64,000 nucleotides of DNA from an uncultured Salinisphaerales bacterium (GTDB taxonomy: Bacteria > Pseudomonadota > Gammaproteobacteria > Nevskiales > Nevskiaceae): positions 19,648 through 83,647 of the forward strand of contig CAZDPA010000001.1 of NCBI GenBank assembly GCA_964507195.1, in the 5' to 3' direction. Position numbers and translations under genes: made by a program. Every line of letters begins with the position of its first letter. Position 1 is the stretch's first letter. The notes below the pieces were generated by a model. That model had not been told where the DNA came from. It made no database searches and was given only the letters and a program-made list of their open reading frames with translations. Below, in pieces: positions 1 through 9,067 of this stretch.

Positions 1-504
1 GTTCTTCAGCTGGCCGAGTGGTGCGCGCAGCGTCTCGGCGTCGGCCGGCGACAGGGTTTTGAGCAGCGCATCGGTCACGATGGGGACGGCGTCGAGGCCG
101 GCGATGAGGCGCTGGTTGACCAGAATGTTGCGCGCTTCGAAGTCGAAGGCCAGTTCGAACTTGCCTTCGATGGTGTCGAGAAAGTGGGACAGCGCAGTGT
201 CGATCTCGGGCGTGATGCCGCGCAGCGAGGCATCGCCCTGCTCCAATGCGTCAAGCGACTCGCCGAGCCTGGCCGTCGTTGCGGCGCGGACGTCGGCGAT
301 GTTGGCCATGGTACTGACGCCAACCTGCGTGACGGCGCGGTTGAGGCCGACGTCGAGTGCGTCAATGACGCGGATGTTCGACATGCGCTGCAGGTGCAAG
401 GCGTTGTCCACGGACTGCGTCTTGCTCACCAGAAATCCGAGCACGCCGATGGCTGCCATTGCCAGCAGTGCCGCCAGCACAGGCAGCAACTTACGCCATT
501 TCAT
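1..504 (-). CDS. Membrane-anchored sensor protein, N-terminal part (gene runs off the left edge)
   Basis: Absent from the ORF track because it is open at the window edge. The reverse-strand ATG at 504-502 gives MKWRKLLPVLAALLAMAAIGVLGFLV (signal anchor), then an unbroken frame of 168 codons to position 1. The helical periplasmic-type region resembles sensor N-termini of histidine kinases or GGDEF proteins; that family call is inference. Confidence 0.55.
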   Translation of the reverse strand, partial: MKWRKLLPVLAALLAMAAIGVLGFLVSKTQSVDNALHLQRMSNIRVIDALDVGLNRAVTQVGVSTMANIADVRAATTARLGESLDALEQGDASLRGITPEIDTALSHFLDTIEGKFELAFDFEARNILVNQRLIAGLDAVPIVTDALLKTLSPADAETLRAPLGQLKN

Positions 505-768
505 GAATAACCCCCGTTACTCGCGTCGCACCCGCATCAACAGCCCCAGTAACCCGGCGGATCGTGCGCCCGCCTTCTCGAGGGGTCTACGCTGCATCGC
601 ACCACGGCGCTGCGCACATAGTCTGTTACTGCTCAGTCCCGAACGGTAACTTCCGGCGCAAGCCCCAGCGTCATCTGTTTGCAGTAGACCCTCGCCCAAA
701 CGGGGGATTCGTGACCGGCCCGCCTGCGGTCAACTCTGTGCATTCCCACCGAATAGATGGTTTGAAAA

Positions 769-1263
769 ATGTCGACTGACCTGTCCGCCCGCCTGCAAGC
801 CCTCGAAGATATCGAAGCGATTCGCCAGCTCAAGGCACGATACCTGTTCAGCTGTGACCGCAAGGACGCTGCCATCATGCGTAGCTGTTTCGTCGATGGC
901 AAGCTTGAGATCGACTACGGCGTGGTGGGTCGGTTCGACACTGCCGATGCGCTGGTCAAGCTATTCGTTGAGGTTGGCTGTCATGACTACATGGTCGAAA
1001 TGCACCATGGAGTCAATCCGCAGATCGATCGCGTGTCCGCTGACTTGGCGCGCGGGACCTGGGGCCTGCATTACTTCCTGATCAACACGCGCGACCGCAC
1101 GCTGACCCAGCTCGGTGGCTACTACGAAGATGAGTACGCGCGAACGGCGAGCGGCTGGAAGATCAGCAAGACCAGATTTGTTGCGACCTCGACGCTGGTG
1201 CTCGATGTCAACTCTGACGCTGCCAAGGCCTTGTTTGCCGGGCGCGCACCGCCTGCCGGCTGA
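769..1263 (+). CDS. SnoaL-like / NTF2-fold protein
   Basis: 164-aa ORF. The opening LEDIEAIRQLKARYLFSCDRKD and the later GGYYEDEYARTASGWKISK pattern are typical of SnoaL_4/NTF2-like proteins. Confidence 0.75.
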   Translation: MSTDLSARLQALEDIEAIRQLKARYLFSCDRKDAAIMRSCFVDGKLEIDYGVVGRFDTADALVKLFVEVGCHDYMVEMHHGVNPQIDRVSADLARGTWGLHYFLINTRDRTLTQLGGYYEDEYARTASGWKISKTRFVATSTLVLDVNSDAAKALFAGRAPPAG

Positions 1264-1316
1264 CAGAAGTCAGACGGGCCCCACCGCGCACGGAGTTGTA
1301 AAGGCGGTTTGGTAAG

Positions 1317-1952
1317 ATGGCGCTATCCGTTGATCCCCACTCTTTTCGAGCATTCATGTCGCCATCTCCGCATAAGCCGCTCACGCCGGTGTCCACGCTG
1401 ATTTTTTCTTCACGCTGGCTGCAGTTGCCGCTGTACGTGGGCCTGATCTTCGCGCAAGTGGTCTATGTGATCCTCTTCGTCAAGGAGCTGTGGCATCTGG
1501 TTGCCGCCGCTTTCACGCTGTCCGAGCAGCAGATCATGCTGATCGTGCTCGCATTGATCGACGTCGTCATGATCTCCAACCTGCTGGTGATGGTCATCGT
1601 CGGAGGCTATGAGACCTTTGTGTCGCGGCTGGGATTGCAAGGTCACCCGGACCAGCCGGAATGGCTGTCGCACGTCAACGCCTCGGTGCTCAAGGTCAAG
1701 CTGGCGATGGCCATAATCGGCATCTCGTCAATCCACCTGCTCAAGACATTCATCGAAGCCGGATCGCTGGGGGCCTTGCCGGTCTGCGCGACCGTTGCCG
1801 CGGGGGTGCGTTGCACCACGACCACCGAAGCCGGTGTGATGTGGCAGACCATCATCCACATGGCGTTCATCGCCTCGGCAATCGGCATTGCCTGGACGGA
1901 TCGGATCATGCAGGCCGGCATGTTTCGCGGCAAGCCCGATCCGGGGCACTGA
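1317..1952 (+). CDS. YqhA-like (UPF0114) inner-membrane protein
   Basis: SSRWLQLPLYVGL...MISNLLVMVIVGGYETFVS...SSIHLLKTF matches the E. coli YqhA pattern, with several TM helices. An alternative ATG lies at 1356. Confidence 0.75.
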   Translation: MALSVDPHSFRAFMSPSPHKPLTPVSTLIFSSRWLQLPLYVGLIFAQVVYVILFVKELWHLVAAAFTLSEQQIMLIVLALIDVVMISNLLVMVIVGGYETFVSRLGLQGHPDQPEWLSHVNASVLKVKLAMAIIGISSIHLLKTFIEAGSLGALPVCATVAAGVRCTTTTEAGVMWQTIIHMAFIASAIGIAWTDRIMQAGMFRGKPDPGH

Positions 1953-2171
1953 TCTCAAGCCTGCGAAACGGTGCAGAAGGGGCGCGAACCAAACCATCGC
2001 GGAAGCTGTCCAACGACAGCTGTTCGAGTGGAAGGCGCGTAACCAATTGATTTATATGGTGACCGTTGGAGAGATCCATCGGGGCTTCATGCTGCGTGGA
2101 GCAAAATGAGCCGAACCCGACGCAGTTGGCGTATGCTAACGCGCCTTATTCCACACCCTAGGAGTCGAGTT

Positions 2172-2402
2172 ATGAAGCTGATTTCCACGACCGTTGCTGC
2201 CCTGCTGGCCTCTTCGCTGTTGCTGGTTGCCTGCAAGAAGGAAGAAGCTGCTGCACCGGCGGTTGAAGCCCCGGCTGTCGAGGCCCCGGCTGCTGTTGAA
2301 GCTGCTCCGGTTGAAGAAGCTGCCCCGACCGACGCTGCTCCGGTTGATGCCGCTGAACCGACTGCCGAGCCGACCGCTGACCCGGCTGCTTCGGCTCAGT
2401 AA
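2172..2402 (+). CDS. Small lipoprotein with Ala/Pro/Glu-rich low-complexity tail
   Basis: ATG at 2172 lies 7 nt after AGGAG (2160-2164). MKLISTTVAALLASSLLLVAC carries a lipobox (LVAC). The remainder is APAVEAPAVEAPAAVEAAPVEE-type low complexity. Confidence 0.7.
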   Translation: MKLISTTVAALLASSLLLVACKKEEAAAPAVEAPAVEAPAAVEAAPVEEAAPTDAAPVDAAEPTAEPTADPAASAQ

Positions 2403-2421
2403 GCTTCAAGCTTCAGAATCC

Positions 2422-2457
2422 GCCGCTGCAGGCTCAAGGCCTGCAGCGGCGTTTTTG
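2422..2457 (+). terminator. Rho-independent terminator
   Basis: Perfect 11-bp stem GCCGCTGCAGG (2422-2432) / CCTGCAGCGGC (2440-2450) with a 7-nt loop, followed by GTTTTTG. It sits between the convergent lipoprotein and ogt genes. Confidence 0.8.
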
Positions 2458-2478
2458 TTGGTGGGGTTTGCGGTTGTT

Positions 2479-3030
2479 TCAAAACTCCAGCGGTCTTTGC
2501 CGCTCCAACCCGGCCGCGAATCCTTCGTGCTGCAGCAGCCACCGCTTGCGCGCAACGCCGCCGCCATAACCGGTCAGCGATGCATTCGAGCCGATGACGC
2601 GATGGCAGGGCACCACGATGCTGATCGGATTTGCTCCATTGGCTTGCCCCACGGCGCGCGAGGCATCCGGCCGCCCCAGGGTTCGTGCAAGTTCGCCGTA
2701 GCTGACGGTCTGGCCCGCCGGGATCGTCCGCAGTGAACGCCACAGCTGTCGTTGAAAATCTGTGCCGCCTGTTTCGATCTGCAAGGAATCCAGTCGTGCA
2801 TGATCACCCGCGAAGTAGGCATCGATAGCGTCATGAACTGATCGGTCTATCGATCCGGGCCGAATCCGGGTTTCTACACCGGGATACTGGCGTCCGAGCA
2901 GCGCGCGCATGCGCGCTTCGTGATCCTGCCAATCCACCGCGCGCAGCCGGCCATGCTCGTCGCACAGCACGAGCATCTCGCCGAGCGGTGTCGGGCGCCG
3001 TGACAGAACGAAGGTCTGTTGGTAACGCAT
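2479..3030 (-). CDS. ogt: Methylated-DNA--protein-cysteine methyltransferase
   Basis: PCHRVIGSN active-site motif and LTGYGGG downstream. The ORF-track start (3099) probably over-extends; the internal ATG at 3030 (MRYQQTF...) gives a typical length of 183 aa. Confidence 0.85.
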   Translation of the reverse strand: MRYQQTFVLSRRPTPLGEMLVLCDEHGRLRAVDWQDHEARMRALLGRQYPGVETRIRPGSIDRSVHDAIDAYFAGDHARLDSLQIETGGTDFQRQLWRSLRTIPAGQTVSYGELARTLGRPDASRAVGQANGANPISIVVPCHRVIGSNASLTGYGGGVARKRWLLQHEGFAAGLERQRPLEF

Positions 3031-3115
3031 CTCTTCAATCGACGGACAGGCAGGGAAGCTAGCAGACTGGTTCGATGCGCGCAGGGCCGGAGCCCTCACG
3101 GCTCAGCCATAAAAT

Positions 3116-3127
3116 TGACAATTGTCA
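3116..3127. promoter_or_regulatory. Palindromic operator candidate TGACAATTGTCA overlapping a TTGACA -35-like hexamer
   Basis: Perfect 12-bp palindrome in the ogt/TBDR intergenic region. The 17-nt context AAATTGACAATTGTCAT recurs at 6504-6520 with one substitution. Confidence 0.5.
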
Positions 3128-3219
3128 TAAAAGCCGCCATTTTCTGCGCCGTCAGCCGGATGACAAGCGGCGCTTGAGCGCGCAGATGCCGCGAGCCGGG
3201 TGCGCAGCGAGGAGATTGG

Positions 3220-5730
3220 ATGAGAACGACCGTCATCGCCGCTCTTTTGGCCCTGGCCGCAGCGAGCTTTCCGTTCGCATTGCAGGCGCAGGATGATCTC
3301 GAATGGCTGTTTGCAGACGAAACGGCCGCGGCACCGTCCACTGCAGAGCCCGCAGCACCCATAGGCGCGACCGTCGCCACCCCGACGCCAGAACCACAGC
3401 CGACGACCCCGGGCGAGTTGCAGATCCAGGAGGAGCAAACCACCGGGGAGGCGCAAGCCCTTGCGGTGATTCCCGTTCCGCAAGCCAGTCCGACGCCTGA
3501 TTCACGCCCTGGCAGGGCGCCGCGCAGCCGTCTGGTCGAGGAGATCGTCGTCACCGCACAGAAGCGCGAGGAAAACCTGCAGGACGTGCCGGTGTCGGTG
3601 CAGGCGTTCAGCGGCGAGCTGCTCGACGCGCTCGGCGTCACCGACCAGACCGACCTGCAGCGCATCACGCCGGGCCTGAATATCACGACCCAGGTCAGCT
3701 ATGTGATGACCTTCCTGCGCGGCATCGGCACCGATGCGACGATTGCGGCCGATCCGAGCGTCGCGACCTACATTGACGGCATCTACTACCCGTTCGCATC
3801 GAATCTGGCGCAGAACTTCGGCGCGGTCGATCGCATTGAGGTGCTCAAGGGCCCGCAGGGCACGCTGTTCGGCCGCAATGCGACCGGTGGTGCGATCGCG
3901 ATCTACACCGAGGAGCCCGACACCGACAGCATCCATGGCGAGCTGCTGGCCAGCATCAGCGACTTCGATACGCAGATGTACCGTGCGCATGCCAACCTGC
4001 CGCTCGGCGAGCGCTTCGCGCTCAACGCCACGGTAATGACGAGCAGCACCGACGGCTACTACGAAGGCCGACAGGGCAATCCGGAAGAGCCAATGCCCGG
4101 CGACGAGATGACCGGATATCGGGTCAAGGCGCGCCTGCGCCCGACGGACAATCTCGACATCCGGCTCGCAACGTTCAAGTTCGAGATGGAGTCGTACAAC
4201 GGCAGCGCCGCGTTCACGTCGGAGCCGTCGCTGCTCGGCAGCCTGATCACACCGCAGCCCGGTTACGAGGGCTCGGTCGACTCGTATCCGAAGAACATCA
4301 CCGACGACAACACCGTCTACTACGGCAGCCTGACGTACAACGCTCCGTGGTTCGACGTGAAGCTGATCGGCAGCGACCAGCGCATGGACACGATCGGCGT
4401 GCGCGACTTCGACGGTTCGCGCCTGCCGATCTCGACGTTCGAGACGCCCAGCCAGTACATCGATGCGCAGTCCTTCGAACTGCAGCTGCTGTCGAATGAC
4501 GAGTCCGGCCCGGACTGGCTCAAGTGGATCCTAGGGGCCTACTACTTCCGCTCGGTCAACGGTTTCGGCGATCTGAACTTCGTCATCGGCGGTGTCGACC
4601 TGAGTACGGGCCGTATCGCCGGGTTCCCCCTGGCCACCGGACTCGTCGATGTGCTGCGCCAACTCGGCCCGACCGGGGCGCTGAACATGGTGGGCCTGAT
4701 CGGCACCGACTCGCGTGCTCTGTTCACGCAAGCGACGTTCGAACTGAGCGACTGGTTTGCGCTGACGCTGGGCGGTCGTTACCAGGTCGAGGAGCGCTAT
4801 ATCGTCGAATCGACGGTCGGCCTCGCGCGTGCCGACGGTACGCAGGCGCAATTGTTCGACAACACCGATCGTGCGGTCGACAACGACGGCAATCCATACC
4901 CGGCGCAGGACGAACAGAAGGACTTCTCGCCGAAGGTCACGTTCGAGTTCCGGCCATTCGACGACGACACGCTGCTGTTCTTCTCCTGGCAGCAGGCGGT
5001 CAAGGCGGCGACCTACAACACCATCGTGATCTACACGCGACCGAACTATGTCGAGCCCGAGGAGATCGAGGCTTTCGAAATCGGCCTGAAGACGACCGCA
5101 TTCGACGGACTCGTGCGCTTCAACGCCGCGGCCTTCCACTACAACGTCGAGAACCTGCAGACTTACTATCTGTCGCTGCTCGCCGGCGGCGTCATCAGTT
5201 TCCAGAACGCCGGCCAGGCCCGCATCATCGGTGCCGACTTCGATGGCTTCGTCCAGCTGTTCCCCTCACTGGTCGATGACCTAGTGCTCAGCGGCGGCGC
5301 GGCTTACCTCGACACTGAATACCTGGATTTCGACGGCGCCTCCGGCTTCAGCGACAACGGAACCTTCGTCTCCAACCAGGACTACAGCGGCAACGAGCTG
5401 ATCCGCACGCCGAAGTTCACGACGACGCTGTCGCTGAGCAAGACCTGGCAGGTGCCGGGCGGCCCCCTCGAGACGGTGGTTGATGGCTACTACACCGGCG
5501 ACTTCTACTACGAGGCGAGCAACCGCGACGCCTCGCTGCAGGAATCGTACTGGCTGCTCGGTGCGCGCGTGAGCTACCTGTACGAACGCTGGAACCTGCG
5601 CGCGACGGTTGGTGGACGCAACCTCACCGACGAGTTCTACACCGCCGGCTTCTTCGCGACCGACTTCGGCGTGCAACCGACGCTGGCGCCGCCGCGTTCG
5701 TACTTCCTGCAGCTGATCTGGAATTTCTAG
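3220..5730 (+). CDS. TonB-dependent receptor
   Basis: Signal peptide MRTTVIAALLALAAASFPFALQA. Plug-region motif EEIVVTAQKREENLQDVPVSVQAF and RIEVLKGPQGTLFGRNATGG. C-terminal aromatic residue (LIWNF). 836 aa. Confidence 0.92.
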   Translation: MRTTVIAALLALAAASFPFALQAQDDLEWLFADETAAAPSTAEPAAPIGATVATPTPEPQPTTPGELQIQEEQTTGEAQALAVIPVPQASPTPDSRPGRAPRSRLVEEIVVTAQKREENLQDVPVSVQAFSGELLDALGVTDQTDLQRITPGLNITTQVSYVMTFLRGIGTDATIAADPSVATYIDGIYYPFASNLAQNFGAVDRIEVLKGPQGTLFGRNATGGAIAIYTEEPDTDSIHGELLASISDFDTQMYRAHANLPLGERFALNATVMTSSTDGYYEGRQGNPEEPMPGDEMTGYRVKARLRPTDNLDIRLATFKFEMESYNGSAAFTSEPSLLGSLITPQPGYEGSVDSYPKNITDDNTVYYGSLTYNAPWFDVKLIGSDQRMDTIGVRDFDGSRLPISTFETPSQYIDAQSFELQLLSNDESGPDWLKWILGAYYFRSVNGFGDLNFVIGGVDLSTGRIAGFPLATGLVDVLRQLGPTGALNMVGLIGTDSRALFTQATFELSDWFALTLGGRYQVEERYIVESTVGLARADGTQAQLFDNTDRAVDNDGNPYPAQDEQKDFSPKVTFEFRPFDDDTLLFFSWQQAVKAATYNTIVIYTRPNYVEPEEIEAFEIGLKTTAFDGLVRFNAAAFHYNVENLQTYYLSLLAGGVISFQNAGQARIIGADFDGFVQLFPSLVDDLVLSGGAAYLDTEYLDFDGASGFSDNGTFVSNQDYSGNELIRTPKFTTTLSLSKTWQVPGGPLETVVDGYYTGDFYYEASNRDASLQESYWLLGARVSYLYERWNLRATVGGRNLTDEFYTAGFFATDFGVQPTLAPPRSYFLQLIWNF

Positions 5731-5804
5731 GGGAGTTCGGAAGCAGTCCGGATGGAATCCGCGGACTCCTCCGCTGCAAGCGCCGCCCCGGGTATCGCCC
5801 GCAG

Positions 5805-6476
5805 TTACGTTTTCCTGCTGGTCCTTGCAACGGGCTTGGGCGTGAGCTTCTTCACGCCGGGTTCGACATACGGCGCGAGAAAGCCGGTCATCGCCGCCGT
5901 GGCGGCATCGCGATAGGCCGGCGTGATCTCGCCGTGTTCGAAGAACGACCGGCGAAACACCGCAGTGCCGATGTCCGCGCACAGCGTCGTCACGTCAGGC
6001 GGTCCCTTGGGCAGTGCCTTGCCCGGCGACCACACCTTGCGGCCCAGTTCGCCCAGCCGCTTGTTTGTCAGCTCCTGCGCACGATAGCTGTCGTCCGTGA
6101 CCGCGCCGCCGAGAATCAGCAGCCGCGCGGCCGGATTGGCATTGTGGAAACGCACGGCCAGGTCGACGACGCGGGCGATACCCTCGCGCCATTCCAGCGT
6201 GCGCAGTTCGGCGGCCCGGGCGTAGAACAGCGCCTCGATATCGACGAGATAGCGCTTCACCAGTTCGTTGAGGATCGCGTACGGCGTCGGAAAATAGGCG
6301 TAAACGCTGCCACGAGTGTATCCCAGCCGTTCGGCGAGATCGGGAATCGAGAAGCCCGAAAGTCCTTTCTCGATCAGCAGGATCTCGGCTTCCTGCAGGA
6401 TGCGGTTAAAGCGATCCTTGGCGCGCTGCTGGGTGGGCTGGCGGGCTACTGCGAGAGGGTCTAGGGCGTCATCCAT
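5805..6476 (-). CDS. TetR/AcrR family transcriptional regulator
   Basis: N-terminal HTH: RAKDRFNRILQEAEILLIEKGLSGFSIPDLAERLGYTRGSVYAYFPT. The likely start is the ATG at 6476 (MDDALDPL...) rather than the ORF-track 6545. Confidence 0.85.
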   Translation of the reverse strand: MDDALDPLAVARQPTQQRAKDRFNRILQEAEILLIEKGLSGFSIPDLAERLGYTRGSVYAYFPTPYAILNELVKRYLVDIEALFYARAAELRTLEWREGIARVVDLAVRFHNANPAARLLILGGAVTDDSYRAQELTNKRLGELGRKVWSPGKALPKGPPDVTTLCADIGTAVFRRSFFEHGEITPAYRDAATAAMTGFLAPYVEPGVKKLTPKPVARTSRKT

Positions 6477-6507
6477 GTGGCCCAAGGGTATCGTGATTAC
6501 CTGAAAT

Positions 6508-6519
6508 TGACAAATGTCA
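6508..6519. promoter_or_regulatory. Operator candidate TGACAAATGTCA (second copy of the 3116 motif)
   Basis: Lies in the divergent TetR / cytochrome intergenic region. AAATTGACAAATGTCAT differs at one position from the site at 3112-3128. Confidence 0.5.
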
Positions 6520-6601
6520 TGAAACTGCAGATAGTGCGTTGACAAGAGCCATCATGGCCACGCGACAACCACACATGGTTTTGCGCAGCGAGGAGGTTTG
6601 C

Positions 6602-9016
6602 ATGTACGCCCAGGCCCGAAGTCTGCTGCGGTCGCTGTCGACGGTAACGATGACGGCAACATTGCTCAGCGCTTGCGCCGGTGAGTACAGCGGCACCGGC
6701 GGTGCCCCGCAACCGGGTGGTGGCGGTGGGGTCAACACGCCGCGCAGCATGCAGGTGCTGTTCACGGATCGGGTGCAGCCACGCCTCGCGTTCTGTCGCA
6801 CCTGTCATGTGCCGGGCGGTGTCGGCGATGTCGAAGATGGCCGCGACTTCATGCTCGGTGCCGAGGCGCAGGATCTCGACACTCTGCGCGCGAGTTGGGA
6901 GCGACTGGGCGGCAACGCGCCGACGTCGCGGATTCTGCTGATGGCTTCCGGGCAGGAGCAGCCCCATTCCGGCGGTGCACCTTGGCCGCAGGGCTCTGCG
7001 GCGTACGCCGACATGGACGTGCTGCTGAAATGTTTCGCGACACCGGAGCAGTGCGAGGCCTTGCTCGCAGGTTTGGGCGAGGGCCCAGCAGTCCAGGAAT
7101 ATCCGCTGCTCGGCAGCAAGCATGGCGGGCATGCCTGGTTCGACTACTGCAAGGACCGCAACGACGATGCTGTGCTGCCAGCCGATCCGCGTTCGCTGGT
7201 GAAGCCAGGCATCAGCGAAGGCAAAGCGGTGCACTTCAACGCCTACTGGACCGACTGCCATGCCGATCCCGAACTGGTTGGCGAAGCAGCCCAGCCGCGC
7301 ACTTGCGGCGAGTTGCGCGCGAGCTGGCAGATCGGCGAAGACCTGATGCGCGGCAACGGTGGCCCCAAGTCGGGGACCTTCTTCGGCGGCGACAGTCACG
7401 ATGAGCAGTTCCTGCAGCGCTCGCTGGATGCCTACAACCGCCTGTGGCGTCTCTGGGGGCTGAGCGAGCGGCCTGACAATTTCGACGAACTGGCGGCCGA
7501 GCGCTACGGCATGCCGATTGCGCTGGCACGCAATCCGTATCCGTTGCCGGGCGAGGATCCGAACCAGACCGATGGCGGCAGCGGCCAGCTCCCGGCTTTC
7601 GTCACTCAGCTGCGCGGACCGGACGGCGAATGGACCGGCCGCTTCGGCTTCACCTGCCACGCCTGTCACAGCAGCGCGGCGGGTCTGTCCAGCGAAGGCG
7701 GTGGCTTCAACTACGGGCAGGGCAACAACCTGCAGGACATCGCGCTGATGTCGCGCGAACTCGGTGAGAGCGGGCTGTCGGCTGGTGCGATCTTCGCACT
7801 GTTCGGCACCAGCCGCGGGACCAACAACGCCAGCGACGTGAATGTGTTCTTCCTGGCCAACCAGCAGAACGGCCTGCGCATCGACCAGTACACGTTGAGC
7901 ATGCTCCTGTCCGGTTCAACCGCGTCGAGCGACACGCCGCCGTGGTGGAACATGGGCTCGCGCCCGCTGAAATTCCAGGACGGCTACTTCGCCGCCGATT
8001 CGAGCCGCGTCGACCTGATCTTCTACACGCCGCTCGATGGCGTCGTCGGCGGCACCGCGGGCGAGGACTGGGTGCGCGCGCATGCCCAGCATGCGGACAA
8101 GTGGATTCTGTCGCTGAAGTCGCCGGCGTATCCGCTGCCGGTCGACACCGCGCTGGCGGAGCGAGGCGCGATCCTGTTCCACAGCAAGGATCTGTGGGGA
8201 GCCAATCTCGACAATCCGGCACCGCGCCCGGAAGGTGGCAACGGCTCCTGCGCGGGTTGTCACGGTGCCTACTCGCCGCGCTACGTCAACGATCCCGCCT
8301 ATCTCGCGGATCCGGTGCTCGAAGGTGTGGCGAGCAACATCGCCGCGCATGACGTCATCCGCACGGATCGCCGCCGTGCCGACACCAACAACGAAGCCGT
8401 CAACCAGTATGGCTCGACGAGTTTCCTCGGCTACCCGGAAACGATCGGCACCGAGAACGACTGCGGGCCGCAGAACCGCAGCGAGATTCGCGGCGAGCGT
8501 CCGCTCGGCTATCTCGCGCCGCCGCTTTATGGCGTGTGGGCGACGGCACCGTATCTTCACAATGGCGCGGTGCCCGATGTCGAAAGCCTGCTCAAGCCGG
8601 AGACGCGGCCGAAGATCTGGCGTCGTGTGTCGACACCGGCGCGTACCGACCAACAGGGCGATGTCGTCATGGGTTACGACATCAGTCTGGCGCGTGCCTA
8701 CGATCAGGACCGCATGGGCTGGAAGTACGACGCGCTGCCCTGCGGCACCGGGACGCTGCCGTTCCTCGACTGCACGCCGGGCAGCGATGCGACACCGCTG
8801 ACGCAGCTGATCCTGCATGAGCTGTACGGCAACGTGCTGCTTGCATGGAACCTCGGCCAGCTGCCGATCTTCCTGCAGGTCAGCCAACAGCAGGCGGAAG
8901 ACCGCAAGATCTACAACACGTATCTCTACAGCCAGGGCAACGGCGGGCACGACTTCACCACCGTGCTGACCGACGCCGAACGGCGTGCGCTGATCGAATA
9001 CCTCAAGACGTTATAG
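6602..9016 (+). CDS. Tri-haem c-type cytochrome lipoprotein, cytochrome-c-peroxidase/MauG-like
   Basis: AGGAGG at 6591-6596 precedes the ATG at 6602. Lipobox LLSAC. Three CxxCH motifs (CRTCH, CHACH, CAGCH). APYLHNGAVPDVESLL resembles the conserved CCP/MauG-family segment. Confidence 0.75.
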   Translation: MYAQARSLLRSLSTVTMTATLLSACAGEYSGTGGAPQPGGGGGVNTPRSMQVLFTDRVQPRLAFCRTCHVPGGVGDVEDGRDFMLGAEAQDLDTLRASWERLGGNAPTSRILLMASGQEQPHSGGAPWPQGSAAYADMDVLLKCFATPEQCEALLAGLGEGPAVQEYPLLGSKHGGHAWFDYCKDRNDDAVLPADPRSLVKPGISEGKAVHFNAYWTDCHADPELVGEAAQPRTCGELRASWQIGEDLMRGNGGPKSGTFFGGDSHDEQFLQRSLDAYNRLWRLWGLSERPDNFDELAAERYGMPIALARNPYPLPGEDPNQTDGGSGQLPAFVTQLRGPDGEWTGRFGFTCHACHSSAAGLSSEGGGFNYGQGNNLQDIALMSRELGESGLSAGAIFALFGTSRGTNNASDVNVFFLANQQNGLRIDQYTLSMLLSGSTASSDTPPWWNMGSRPLKFQDGYFAADSSRVDLIFYTPLDGVVGGTAGEDWVRAHAQHADKWILSLKSPAYPLPVDTALAERGAILFHSKDLWGANLDNPAPRPEGGNGSCAGCHGAYSPRYVNDPAYLADPVLEGVASNIAAHDVIRTDRRRADTNNEAVNQYGSTSFLGYPETIGTENDCGPQNRSEIRGERPLGYLAPPLYGVWATAPYLHNGAVPDVESLLKPETRPKIWRRVSTPARTDQQGDVVMGYDISLARAYDQDRMGWKYDALPCGTGTLPFLDCTPGSDATPLTQLILHELYGNVLLAWNLGQLPIFLQVSQQQAEDRKIYNTYLYSQGNGGHDFTTVLTDAERRALIEYLKTL

Positions 9017-9067
9017 GCGCACCGCGCCGCACGACATTCATCGGGAACCAACAGGGGACTCTGCTGC

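Noticed and set aside
59-649. 196-aa forward ORF at the left edge
   Set aside because: It has a Ser/Ala/Arg-rich, low-information translation. The opposite strand encodes a coherent signal-anchored protein starting at 504.
6497-7669. 390-aa ORF antisense to the tri-haem cytochrome gene, with similar long antisense or off-frame ORFs at 3096-3686, 5281-5982, 7916-8950, 8845-9855 and 9038-10081
   Set aside because: These are typical stop-poor shadow frames of GC-rich coding DNA, with Arg/Ala/Gly-dominated translations and no motifs. Each overlaps a gene with strong family signatures.
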